64,000 nucleotides of DNA from an uncultured Planctomycetota bacterium (GCA_963737655.1 CAVTTN010000002.1:2112001-2176000), one strand, 5' to 3'. Shown: positions 51,167 to 60,739, counted from the first letter of the stretch. Notes: a model not told the origin generated them from the letters alone. Made by a program: numbers and translations.

Positions 51167-51595
51167 GTGACCGTGAAGCGACTTCGGAGGGCCCGAGGGG
51201 TGGTCTTGGCCGAGGCCGGGGTCGTCTACTCGGTGGCCATCCTGTTGCTGCTGGGGACGATGATCGTCGGCCTCGGGGTGTTCCGCTCGGCCCAGGTCGC
51301 GTGGCTGGCCAACGAAGGGGCCCGCTGGGCGGCCGTCCACGGGCCGAGCTACCAGGCCAACGCGCACGCCTCGGCGCCGTCTTCCGCCGACGTCCTGACC
51401 TACCTCAACACGTCGCCGAAGAAGCTCCTGGTCGACCAGACCAAGCTCACGGCCACGCTGACCTGGAACACCTCGGCGACGCCCAAAACGGTGACGTTCC
51501 GGCTGGATTACCGCTGGGTCCCCAAGACCTTCGTCACCGGGAAATCGACGACCTACACGTTCTCGAGCACGTCGAGTCAAGTCATCCTGTACTGA
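51167..51595 (+). CDS. TadE/TadF-like pseudopilin
   Basis: RG/VVLAE prepilin motif; ANEGARWAAVHG; GGAGG RBS. Confidence 0.85.
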   Translation: MTVKRLRRARGVVLAEAGVVYSVAILLLLGTMIVGLGVFRSAQVAWLANEGARWAAVHGPSYQANAHASAPSSADVLTYLNTSPKKLLVDQTKLTATLTWNTSATPKTVTFRLDYRWVPKTFVTGKSTTYTFSSTSSQVILY

Positions 51596-51714
51596 GCACG
51601 CGGCCGCTCAACACATACGGCCGGAATCCGAGCCACCCAGGACCCTTCGGAGGAAGCCTCCACCGAGAAGGAAACGGCCCTGGACCGAGCATCCGCAAGA
51701 GACGAGGCGCGATC

Positions 51715-53037
51715 ATGAGACGACGATTCCGGTGCCACTGGCGCGGAGGGAGGCGGGGGACCGTGGCCGTCCTCGTCGCCATCGGCCTGCTCCCCCTGGT
51801 CGGCATCCTGGCGCTGGTGCTGGACGGCGGGATCCTGATGGGGACGAGGCGGCAGGCGCAGGCCGTGGCCGACTCCGTGGCCTATGCCGCCGCATACAAG
51901 CTCGCCACGGCCGACTCCTCCTCGGCCCGGACGGCCGGCCTCTCGATCGCCTCGATCAACGGCTATGCCAACGACGGGACGACCTCGACGGTCACCCTGA
52001 ACATCCCGCCCGGCTCCGGCGCCAACGCCGGCAAGACCGGCTATGTCGAGGCGATCGTCACGTACAAACAGCGGCGGTTCTTCAGCGCGATCTGGAGCTC
52101 GTCGAAGGTGACCGTCAGCGCCCGGGCCGTCGGCCAGGGGACGTCCACGGCCGGTTCCCCCGCCTCGGTCATCCTGACCGACCCTCACATGGACGGCGCC
52201 CTGTACCTGACCGGGAGCGCCCGCCTGACGACCAACGCCGTGATCCAGGTCAATTCCGATTCGATGTACTCCTCCTCCAACCCGAGCAAGGGGGCGGTCA
52301 ACGCCTCCAACGGGGCCTACGTGACCGACACCGGCGGCGTGAAGGTCGTGGGGAACCTGAACATCCCGAGCTACGCCACCCCCACCACGTTCTTCAAGAA
52401 CGCCCCGACCACCGGCGCCTCGACCGCGACCGACCCGCTGGCCTCGCTCTCGCCGCCGAGCACCTCGACGCTCAACACGATCGACAAGTCCAAGATCCCG
52501 AGCAGCCAGAGCTCGGCGCCGTATCCGCCCGGGGGGAAATACACGCTCTCGCCCGGGATCTACAACGGCGGCCTGAAGCTGGACTCCGGCGGCGTGAAGT
52601 ACACGATGACCAACGGCATCTATTACATGCAGGGCGGCGGCTTCCTCGTCTCCAACGGCACCTCGCTGACCGACAACGGGGCGGGCGTGCTGATCTATCT
52701 CGACTCCAGCGGAGGCTCGCTGAGCTACCAGGGAGGGACCACGGTCACCCTCAGCTCGATGACCTCGGGGCCCTACAAGGGGGTGGTCTACTACCAGGAC
52801 CGCGCCAACACGTCGAGCCTCAACAACATCGCCAACGGCTCGACGGTGAACATGACCGGCACGATCTACGCCCCCAACGCCGCCCTGGCGATCGCCGGGG
52901 GGGCCTCCGGGGCAAGCTACGGGACGCAGCTCATCGTCAAGTCGCTGAACCTCTCCAACGGCGTGAACATCAACGTCACCACGCCCTCCACCGCCCCGGC
53001 GGCGGCCGGGACCGCGACGTTCCAGATCGTCGAGTGA
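51715..53037 (+). CDS. tadG: TadG-like pilus protein with Ser/Thr/Gly-rich C-terminal beta domain
   Basis: RRG/TVAVLVAIGLLPLVGILALVLDGG...QAQAVADSVAYAAA; VSARAV; GTIYAP. Confidence 0.85.
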   Translation: MRRRFRCHWRGGRRGTVAVLVAIGLLPLVGILALVLDGGILMGTRRQAQAVADSVAYAAAYKLATADSSSARTAGLSIASINGYANDGTTSTVTLNIPPGSGANAGKTGYVEAIVTYKQRRFFSAIWSSSKVTVSARAVGQGTSTAGSPASVILTDPHMDGALYLTGSARLTTNAVIQVNSDSMYSSSNPSKGAVNASNGAYVTDTGGVKVVGNLNIPSYATPTTFFKNAPTTGASTATDPLASLSPPSTSTLNTIDKSKIPSSQSSAPYPPGGKYTLSPGIYNGGLKLDSGGVKYTMTNGIYYMQGGGFLVSNGTSLTDNGAGVLIYLDSSGGSLSYQGGTTVTLSSMTSGPYKGVVYYQDRANTSSLNNIANGSTVNMTGTIYAPNAALAIAGGASGASYGTQLIVKSLNLSNGVNINVTTPSTAPAAAGTATFQIVE

Positions 53038-53070
53038 GCCGAACCTCGCCGCGAAATCGACGCACGCGAT

Positions 53071-53108
53071 CGGGCGGCATGCTCACGTCTTCGTGAACAT
53101 GCCACCCG
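53071..53108. repeat. Single REP hairpin (same family as 30313-30399) between convergent tadG and tadC
   Basis: cgggcggcatgctcacgtcttcgtgaacatgccacccg. Confidence 0.8.
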
Positions 53109-53144
53109 AGAGGGCCTCGTCGGGCCCGCCGGCCGGCCCTCGGG

Positions 53145-54089
53145 TCACTTCTTGACCTTGGGCTGGGCGCCCTCGCCGAACGTCTCCATGACCTGGAACG
53201 CGGCCGGCCCCAGGAGGACGACGAAGACGGCCGGGAAGATGAGCAGGACGGTCGGGATCATGATCTTCGTGGCGGCCTTCGCGGCCTTTTCCTCGGCGAT
53301 CTGCTTGCGCCTGTGGCGGAGGCCCTCGGAGTGGCTGCGGAGGCTCTTGACCAGGCTCGCGCCGAACTTCTCCGACTGGCCGATCACCGAGGCGAGGCTG
53401 AGCACTTCCTCCATGTCGGTCCGCCGGGCGAAGTTGTTCAGGGCCTCGCCCGGGGGTCGGCCCAGGCCGATCTCGCGATCGACGATCCGCAGCTCGCCGC
53501 CCAGGGTCGGGTGGGCGGACCTCAGCTCCTCGGCGACCTTCTTGATCGCCGCCTGGAGGCTCAGGCCGCCTTCGAGGCAGATGATCAGGACGTCCAGGGC
53601 ATCGGGCAAGGCCCGGCGGATGGCCATCTGGCGGGCCTTCTTCCGCTTGTCCAGCCAGAAGCTGGGGCCGACCATCCCCATCAGGAACAGGACCATGGCG
53701 ATCGGCAGGGACTGCGTCGGCCCCAGGATGCCGGCCAGCGTGAGGCCCACCCCGACGAGCGTGGCCAGGATCAGCATCGCCAGCTTCACGCCGAGGAACG
53801 CGTGCATCGCCTGACGGCCGTAGAACCCGGCGTGGACCAGCCTCGCCTGGAGCTTCGTCCGTTCGGCCGCGTCGTCCGGGATGATCGCCTTGCCCATCTT
53901 CGGCAGGGCGGTCCTGGCGATCGCCGCGACGCTCTCGGCCCGCTTCTCGTCCGCCGCCGCCTTGCCCGAGAGCGCGTCGAGCCGGGCGTCCAGCTTCTCG
54001 GTCTTCTTCGTCAAGGCGAGCCCCACGGCCAGGATCAGGCCGATCACGGCCGCCGGGATCAGCAGGAGCATCAGCGATTCGGGGACCAT
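53145..54089 (-). CDS. tadC: TadC (type II secretion F family)
   Basis: LPDALDVLIICLEGGLSL; QSEKFGASL; AEEKAAKAATKIMIPTVLLIFP. Confidence 0.93.
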   Translation of the reverse strand: MVPESLMLLLIPAAVIGLILAVGLALTKKTEKLDARLDALSGKAAADEKRAESVAAIARTALPKMGKAIIPDDAAERTKLQARLVHAGFYGRQAMHAFLGVKLAMLILATLVGVGLTLAGILGPTQSLPIAMVLFLMGMVGPSFWLDKRKKARQMAIRRALPDALDVLIICLEGGLSLQAAIKKVAEELRSAHPTLGGELRIVDREIGLGRPPGEALNNFARRTDMEEVLSLASVIGQSEKFGASLVKSLRSHSEGLRHRRKQIAEEKAAKAATKIMIPTVLLIFPAVFVVLLGPAAFQVMETFGEGAQPKVKK

Positions 54090-54165
54090 CGGAGGCGCCC
54101 TTCCGTCGATCGTTGTGGGCCTCTGTTGCGGCGCCCGCGATGGCGGGCCCGCGAGGCCCGCCATC

Positions 54166-55128
54166 TTAGAAGTCGAAATTGACGATCTTGCGAATCCACA
54201 AGGCCCCGAGGAATTCCAGCCCGATCGTCCCGGCGATCAGGTTCGGGTGCTCCAGGAGCACCCCGGCGTATTTGGGGTTGAGGGCGAAGAGCAGGAGGAA
54301 CATCAGAGGGGGCAACGCGCCCAGGATCCAGCCCTGCATCCGTCCTTCGGCCGTGAGGGTGCGAATCTGGCCGCGGATCTGGTAGCGCTCGCGGACCACC
54401 CCGGCGAGCTTCGTGAGCAGCTCGGCCAGGTTGCCGCCGGTCTGCTGCTGGACCAGGACGGCCAGGACGAAGATCTTCAGCTCGATGACCCCGCTCCTCC
54501 GGGTCATGTCGCGGAACGTGACCTCGGGCGTGAGGCCCAGGTTCTGCTGCTCGTAGCAGATGGAGAACTCGCCGGCGATCGGTTGCGGGAACTCGTCGGC
54601 GACGGCCAGGAGGGCCTGGCCGAGGGTCTGCCCGGCGCGGACGACCCGGGCCATCAGGTCGAACGCGTCGGGCAGTTGCGATCGGAGCTTGTCCATCCGG
54701 GCGTCGCGCTTCTTGCGGACGTACCAGAGCGGGATCACCCCGCCCACGGCCGCCGCGACCAGCGCCGCCGGCACGCCCCGGACCAGGAACCCGAGGACCC
54801 CGCCCGTCGCCGCCACGACCCCCGAGATCCCCGCCAGCCGGGAGGCCGTGAGGTCCAGGCCCGACTGCTCGACCATCGCCGCGATCTTCTGCGGGAAGGT
54901 CGGAGGCCGTTCGTCGCCGGCGCTGAGGTCCGCGGCCATCTGCCCGAGGTTCTTGAACAGGGGGGACCGCCGGGCCCGGTCCCTCCTCTTGCGGAGGAAC
55001 TCCTCGTCCACCCGCTCGTTGACCCGCGAGCGGTCGCGGAGGAACAGGTCGGAGGCGATCTGGTAGGCCGCGATCACCCCCAGAACGGCCGTCGCCCCGG
55101 CCAGGGACGTGACCAGCCCCGGGTTCAT
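54166..55128 (-). CDS. tadB: TadB (type II secretion F family)
   Basis: QLPDAFDLMARVVRAG; QQQTGGNLAELL; LTAEGRMQG; IRKIVNFDF; ATGA overlap with tadA. Confidence 0.93.
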   Translation of the reverse strand: MNPGLVTSLAGATAVLGVIAAYQIASDLFLRDRSRVNERVDEEFLRKRRDRARRSPLFKNLGQMAADLSAGDERPPTFPQKIAAMVEQSGLDLTASRLAGISGVVAATGGVLGFLVRGVPAALVAAAVGGVIPLWYVRKKRDARMDKLRSQLPDAFDLMARVVRAGQTLGQALLAVADEFPQPIAGEFSICYEQQNLGLTPEVTFRDMTRRSGVIELKIFVLAVLVQQQTGGNLAELLTKLAGVVRERYQIRGQIRTLTAEGRMQGWILGALPPLMFLLLFALNPKYAGVLLEHPNLIAGTIGLEFLGALWIRKIVNFDF

Positions 55129-56462
55129 CGCGGCACCTGCCCCCGGCTGGAGCCGGTCAGGATTCGCCTCTCGAACATCTCCGTCGGCAGCTTGATCCCC
55201 GCCGCCTCCAGGTGCTCCAGGCACTTCGGGCGGATGCCCGTGCAGTAGAAGTACCCCTGGGCCACGCGGTCCTCGTCGATGCCCGTCTGCTTGAAGACGA
55301 AGATGTCCTGCATGCTGACGGTGTCCTCCTCCATCCCCACGATCTCGGAGATCTTGATCAGTTTCCGGGCCCCGCCGGAGAGCCTCGCCGCCTGGACGAT
55401 GATCTGCACGGCCGAGACGATCTGGCGGCGGATGATCCAGATCGGCAGGTCGAACCCGGCCATGCCGACCATCATCTCGATCCGGCCGATGGCGTCCCGG
55501 GTGTCGTTGGCGTGGATGGTCGTCATGCTGCCGTCGTGGCCGGTGTTCATCGCCTGGAGCATGTCCAGGGTCTCGCCGCCTCGGCACTCGCCGACGATGA
55601 TCCGGTCGGGCCTCATCCGCAGGGCGTTCTTGACGAGGTCTCGCGTGAGGATCGCGCCATTGCCTTCCAGGTTCGCCGGCCGGGTCTCCATCCGGACGAC
55701 GTGCGACTGCTGGAGGCGGAGCTCGGCGGCGTCCTCGATCGTCGCCACCCGCTCGTCGTCGGGGATGAACGCGGAGAGGGCATTCATGAGCGTCGTCTTG
55801 CCCGAGCCGGTGCCCCCGGAGACGATCATGTTGATCCTCGCCCGGGTGCAGGCCGACAGGAAATCGACCATCTCCGGCGTGACCGCCTTCTTCTCCACGA
55901 GGTCGGCGAACTGGAGGGGCGTCTTGCTCGAGCGCCGGATCGAGAGCAGGGTGCCGTCCAGCGCCAGGGGGGGGATCACGGCGTTGATTCGCGAGCCGTC
56001 GGCGGTGCGGGCGTCGCAAAGAGGGGAGGTCTCGTCGATCCGCCGGCCCACCCGCCCGACGATCCGGCGGACGATCTCGATCAGGTGCTTCTCGTCGTTG
56101 AACACGACGTCGGAGCGGGTCAGTCGTCCTCGGCGCTCGACGTACACGCACTTCGGGCCGTTGACGAGGATATCCGAGACGGTCGGGTCGCGCATCAGGG
56201 GCTCGAGGGGGCCGATGCCGAAGGTCTCGTCGAGGACCTCGCCGATCAGCCGTTCGCGTTCGGCGAAGCTCAGGAGGTCGTCGCTCTGTCGGCAGAGCTG
56301 CTCGGCCCCCCGGCGGACCTCCTCGCGGAGCTCCTGCTCGTTCATCGAGCCGATGGCCGAGAGGTCCATGTCCGAGATCAGCTTCTGGTGCAGCTCTTTC
56401 TTGATCCTCAGGAGCCGTTCCTCGGCCGAGATTCCGGGCAACGGCGGGGCGAGGCGGGACAT
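55125..56462 (-). CDS. cpaF: CpaF/TadA pilus assembly ATPase
   Basis: GPLEPLMRDPTVSDILVNG; SGGTGSGKTT; TIEDAAEL; NALRMRPDRIIVGECRG; AMNTGHDGSMTTIHAN. Confidence 0.97.
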   Translation of the reverse strand: MSRLAPPLPGISAEERLLRIKKELHQKLISDMDLSAIGSMNEQELREEVRRGAEQLCRQSDDLLSFAERERLIGEVLDETFGIGPLEPLMRDPTVSDILVNGPKCVYVERRGRLTRSDVVFNDEKHLIEIVRRIVGRVGRRIDETSPLCDARTADGSRINAVIPPLALDGTLLSIRRSSKTPLQFADLVEKKAVTPEMVDFLSACTRARINMIVSGGTGSGKTTLMNALSAFIPDDERVATIEDAAELRLQQSHVVRMETRPANLEGNGAILTRDLVKNALRMRPDRIIVGECRGGETLDMLQAMNTGHDGSMTTIHANDTRDAIGRIEMMVGMAGFDLPIWIIRRQIVSAVQIIVQAARLSGGARKLIKISEIVGMEEDTVSMQDIFVFKQTGIDEDRVAQGYFYCTGIRPKCLEHLEAAGIKLPTEMFERRILTGSSRGQVPR

Positions 56463-56532
56463 GGCGAGGTCTCCCACGGAAATGGCCCCCGACGAGGGCC
56501 CGGGGACAGTCTAGGACGCCTTCGGGCCTCGA

Positions 56533-57630
56533 TCACGACGGGTTCAGATGCTTCGCCAGGGCCGCGAACGATCGCGAGACCTTCGCCGACGGCGCCGACA
56601 GCACCGCCGGCGTCCCCTGGTTGTTCGCCCGGTTGATCGTCTTGGCATCGTCGGGGATGGCGTGGAAGATCTTCATCCCCAGGGCTTCCTCGGCCTTCGC
56701 CCGGGGGACCTCCTGAGGCTGACCCAGGCGGTTCACCACCAGGCGGAACTTCTCCCGGGGGATGCCGTGCCCTTCGAGATGCTCCAGGGTCCGCCGGACG
56801 TTCCTCAGCGAGGTGAAATCCAGGCGAAAGACGATCAGGATCGCGTCGGACTGGCCCAGGACGAGCATCTGCTCCTCGCCGAACGAGTGGTCGAGGTCGA
56901 CCACGACGACGGGGAAGCTCGCGCGGGCCAGCGAGACGGCCAGGCCGACCCCTTCGGCCCTCACATGAGCGATCTCCTGGATCGCCACCGGGGGCGCCAG
57001 CAGGTGCACGCCCGCCTCGTGAGAGACCATCGACCGTTCGAACATGACCCGGTCCAGCCTCGCCGCGTTCCGGCAGAGGTCGGCCAGGGTGAACGTCGGC
57101 CGGAGGTCGAACAGGGCGGCGAGATCGCCGGAGGCGATCTTCAAGTCGAGCAGCCCCACCCTCTTGTGCTCCTTGGCCAGCGAGGCCGAGAGGTTGGCGG
57201 CCAGGGTGCTCGACCCGGCGCCTCCGTTGGGCGCCAGGACGGTCAGGAGCCGGCCCGGCTCGGGCGGTTCGGCGGCGCCGTCGGCCATCCGGCGGAGGGC
57301 GGCCTCCAGCTCGACTTCCAGGTCGGCCTCATCGACGAAGTCCGCCGCGCCCGACCGCAGCGCCCGGAGGACCAGCTTGCTATCGCCGGTCGGCCCGACG
57401 ACCAGGAGCCGTCCCCGGGCCGTCTTCGCCAGATGGGGGGCCGTCGAGAGGCCCCGCTCCGGGTCGCCGGAGAGGGCCAGGACGACGAGGTCCACGTCCG
57501 TCTCGCCGCTGAGCCGGGGCACCGCCTCGCTCAACGCCAGGGAACGGGGCGACGGTCGGCCCCCGAACCCCAGGACGTCCCGGATTCGGGAACCCGTCGA
57601 TTCGTGGTCGCAGACGATGAAAGCCGGCAT
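56533..57630 (-). CDS. cpaE: CpaE/TadZ (atypical receiver + MinD-like domain)
   Basis: LRALRSGAADF; APNGGAGSSTLAANL; LVVNR; IPDDAKTINRANNQG. Confidence 0.9.
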   Translation of the reverse strand: MPAFIVCDHESTGSRIRDVLGFGGRPSPRSLALSEAVPRLSGETDVDLVVLALSGDPERGLSTAPHLAKTARGRLLVVGPTGDSKLVLRALRSGAADFVDEADLEVELEAALRRMADGAAEPPEPGRLLTVLAPNGGAGSSTLAANLSASLAKEHKRVGLLDLKIASGDLAALFDLRPTFTLADLCRNAARLDRVMFERSMVSHEAGVHLLAPPVAIQEIAHVRAEGVGLAVSLARASFPVVVVDLDHSFGEEQMLVLGQSDAILIVFRLDFTSLRNVRRTLEHLEGHGIPREKFRLVVNRLGQPQEVPRAKAEEALGMKIFHAIPDDAKTINRANNQGTPAVLSAPSAKVSRSFAALAKHLNPS

Positions 57631-57759
57631 CGCGTTCGGTCCCTCGGGGATTCGTTCCCCTCTTCCGACTCGGTCCCCGGCGGCGGATGCGAAAGTCCGG
57701 GGCCCTCTGCTTCGACTCTAGGCCCTGTTTCGAACCTGAGCCTGGAGTCCGATGCGTGC

Positions 57760-58714
57760 CTACCAGGGCAAGTCTTCCGGCCTCGATTCAGCCGGGGCCG
57801 CCTGGCCCCGAGACGCGACCCGTCGCGACGGCACCCGGATCGTCACGCGATCGGTGCCCATCGCCGTGCCCCGGAGCGTCCGGACCGGCAAGACGACCTC
57901 GTCGAACGCCGGAGGAGGCGGGACCGGAGGCGCCGGAGGGGGTGGAGGCGCGGCGACGACCGGCGCCGGCGAGGGCTTCGCGACCTTCCCCGCGCCTCCG
58001 GCCAGGTCGGCCAGAAGGGCCGGCTTGACCTGGGAGTCGCCCGAGTCCGTCGGGTTGCGCAGCGAGAGGTGGAGCGTCCCGGAGTTCTGCCCGAGGTCCA
58101 GCTTCGCCGCGTCGTCGGGGGAGACCTGGAGCGTGACCGACCTCACCTCGTTCGGGTCGATCTTGTTGTTCGCCGGGCTGTCCACGTTGGTGTGGACGGC
58201 CAGGATCTCGGCATTCTGGAGCAAGAGGATCGTCGAGGCCCCGCCGGACTCCGAGTCCATCCCCCCGCCGTTGGTCCGGGTCAGGAGGACGTCCACCCGG
58301 TTGCCCGGCAGGAGGAACCCCGCGAGCGAGGACGAGACGCTCTGCGCCAGGATCGTGAACGCCCGCATCCCCGGACGGATTAATGCGGCCATGCCCGACC
58401 CCGCCCCCTTGGGCGCCAGCTTGGCATCGGAGATCACGTCTCCCTTGAGCATGGGGAAGTGGGCCACTCGCTCGATCGCGTCGGCCGCCTTTTCCAGGGA
58501 GCCGGGCGGGACCTGATCGACGGGCACCTGCCGGACTTCCACCGACGCTTCCCGGAGCGTCTCGCCCCTCTGGACGTCGGCCGACGCGTAGAGCACGCCC
58601 CGGGTCGCCACCTTCGCCGCCCCGGGCCGGGCGGTCATCCTCTGCATCCCGACGGCCGCGCCCAGCCCGCAGACCAGCGCCACGGCGATCACGATCAGGG
58701 TGGCGCGCGCTCAT
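57760..58714 (-). CDS. cpaB: Flp pilus assembly protein CpaB/RcpC; frameshift at codon ~5
   Basis: SAF-like domain; PGMRAFTI; GFLLPGNRVDVLLT; SVTLQVSP; LHLSLRNPTD. Removing one base at 58702-58703 gives MSARTLIVIAVALVCG from ATG 58714. Confidence 0.9.
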
Positions 58715-59328
58715 CGGTCCCTCCCTCGATCAAGCCCGATCGTCGCGACCGGGACGGCCCGCTTCGAAGCCGGGACCTCCCGGGAGATCCACGCCGCCGC
58801 GAAGAAGCCCACGCAGGTCATCGCGGCGAACGGCACGAGCCTCCGGCGGCGGTCGGACCTCTGAACCTCGACCTCCACCCGCCGGGTCGGCCTCGACCAC
58901 GATCGGGGCGAGACCAGCCTGGCGGTGAGATCGGTGAATTCCCCGTAGACCCGGGCGATCCCGCCGAAGAACAGGGTGAGCCCCAGGGCATACGCCGCGG
59001 CCGCCAGGGCCGAGGCCGCGAAGACTTCCGCGGTCGCTCCCGGCCCGAGCCACGCCCCCATCGCCGCGAACAGCTTCACGTCTCCCGCGCCGACCCCGCC
59101 CAGCGCGTGGAACAGCAACAGACCGCCGAAGCCCAGGGCCGCCCCGGCCAGCGATCCCCCCAGGCCCGCCCAGCCTCCGGTGATCGTCGCCGCGATCAAG
59201 CCCGCGAAGAAGGCCGGAAACGTCAGGGCGTTATACACCTTGAAGCGGCGGAGGTCCGTCGCCGCCGCGATCAGGGTGACGACCGCCACCGCCACGAGCG
59301 TCCAGGGCGGGCAATGCGTGAGAGCCAC
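58711..59328 (-). CDS. cpaA: A24 prepilin peptidase CpaA/TadV
   Basis: AAATDLRRFKVYN; GGVGAGDVKLFAAMGAWLG; VPFA. Confidence 0.93.
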   Translation of the reverse strand: MALTHCPPWTLVAVAVVTLIAAATDLRRFKVYNALTFPAFFAGLIAATITGGWAGLGGSLAGAALGFGGLLLFHALGGVGAGDVKLFAAMGAWLGPGATAEVFAASALAAAAYALGLTLFFGGIARVYGEFTDLTARLVSPRSWSRPTRRVEVEVQRSDRRRRLVPFAAMTCVGFFAAAWISREVPASKRAVPVATIGLDRGRDR

Positions 59329-59358
59329 GGGTCCTCCGATCGATTCGGTGGGGTCGAG

Positions 59359-59532
59359 TCAATGGTGGGCCGAGGAGACCGGGTCCGACGACGAGCGGCA
59401 CCCCCAGGCGAACGTCGTCCACAGCAGCGCGGCCAGACCCAGAGGAGCCACGACCGACGTGGCCGGGTCGAGCTCCAGGGCCCGGCTCGCCACGATCGCG
59501 AACGCCGCCGCGAGGGCCATCAAGGGGAGCAT
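59359..59532 (-). CDS. Small two-TM membrane protein (57 aa) inside the tad operon
   Basis: Hand translation MLPLMALAAAFAIVASRALELDPATSVVAPLGLAALLWTTFAWGCRSSSDPVSSAHH; GGAGG 8 nt upstream; fills the flp-cpaA gap. Confidence 0.55.
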   Translation of the reverse strand: MLPLMALAAAFAIVASRALELDPATSVVAPLGLAALLWTTFAWGCRSSSDPVSSAHH

Positions 59533-59570
59533 CTCCGAAGCCTCCGACGAAGGATGGACAGGACGCGAAG

Positions 59571-59623
59571 ACGCCCGGACCCTCGCCCGGCCGTTTCCCC
59601 GGGCCGGGCGCGAATCCGGGCGT
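59571..59623 (-). terminator. Stem-loop downstream of flp
   Basis: acgcccgga...cgcccggcc-loop-ggccgggcg...tccgggcgt; short, imperfect U tail on the minus strand. Confidence 0.45.
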
Positions 59624-59711
59624 TCCCGAACGTTCCCACGGACCCTGCGGACTCGCCCCCGCCGCGAAGACCTCGGCGAGGGCGGGACCGACGGCCACTG
59701 CGACTCGCTCC

Positions 59712-59879
59712 TCAGCCGCCCAGGCTGGTCGACAGGGCCCCGAACTGCCCCGAGATCGTCGTCGAGAGGGCCTTGACCGTGGTGACCAGGGCCGCGGCGA
59801 TCAGAGCGACCATCAGGGCGTACTCCACCATCGTCGCGCCGTCTTCCTCGACCATCAGGGACTTGAAGAACTTCGTCAT
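59712..59879 (-). CDS. flp: Flp family type IVb/c major pilin
   Basis: AGGAG RBS; MTKFFKSLMVEEDG/ATMVEYALMVALIAAALV...F; 55 aa. Confidence 0.95.
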   Translation of the reverse strand: MTKFFKSLMVEEDGATMVEYALMVALIAAALVTTVKALSTTISGQFGALSTSLGG

Positions 59880-60049
59880 GGCTGTCGCTCCTGTGAATGG
59901 GGATGAAACGCCATCCCCGCGATCCGAACCGATCCGACCTCCGAGGCCCGTCCTCGCGGCCGTCTGCTCTTCGGGCGATCCCCGGTCTCGGCCCCGTCCC
60001 CTCGCATCGCGTCGCATCTCGGCCGGTCCCGTCGTCGTCCGCCGAGGGA

Positions 60050-60078
60050 AACCTGTGTCACCTTCGGGAGGTTGTCAA
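60050..60078 (-). promoter_or_regulatory. Possible sigma70-type promoter for flp
   Basis: Minus-strand TTGACA, 17 nt, CAGGTT; the -10 element is weak. Confidence 0.3.
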
Positions 60079-60739
60079 CGAGGAATCCAAAATCTCCCGG
60101 GAGCGTTTCCGCCTCGCCACTCCATGGAACCGCGGACCGGCCCCGGGGAGGGGCTCGCCCGGTGCCCGTTTCCCTCGCCCCGGCCCTCGGGACGACGAAA
60201 CGACCGATCATGCGAGATGAGCCGAAGGAGGATCGCTCGACCTCGGCCCCACGAACGGATGACCGCAGCCCTGGATACGCGCCACCACGAGAGTCGACTT
60301 ATCAAGAAATCGTGAAAAGTGAGATGGAAAAGCTCTTCGCGGTCATCCCCGGCAAGCGGGGCGCAACGCAGGAGACGGACCATGGCCACGGCCTCGAAAA
60401 CGGCCCGCGCCAGGTCGGAACCCCCGACCCCCGACGCGGGTTACTTCCAGCGAAACCATCGAGGCCGGCACCCCCGGCGATCACCCAATCCGGAATCGAC
60501 TCCCCGGGCCCGACCGGGACCCACCAGGCGGGGACCGCAAACAGGCCATCGCTCCCGACCCCAAAATGTCCGACTCTCGGGGCGGAAAACCCGGGTCGAG
60601 GCCCCGTCGCGAGTTCCATGCAAGGCGTTGTCAGGCTGGAATTTAGGCGGCAAAATCCGTCGAATGTTCGGATCTGAATTTGGGGGGCTGGCGCGCGCGG
60701 TGCGCGCTCGCAAATGGCCGAGAAACGGCCCTTTGGCGC

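Noticed and set aside
56533..57630. Loss of the Walker A lysines in CpaE (NGGAGSS) read as a pseudogene or novelty
   Set aside because: Degenerate ATPase and receiver motifs are an established feature of CpaE/TadZ.
59880..60200. c-di-GMP riboswitch upstream of flp
   Set aside because: Could not find the GEMM-I pattern (GCAAA..GAAA..GACGCAAAG) by eye; an Rfam cmscan would be decisive.
60615..60640. sigma54 site for flp (CTGACAACGCCTTGCA) and a similar near-match at ~23718-23734
   Set aside because: Lack the invariant GG or have the wrong GG-N10-GC spacing.
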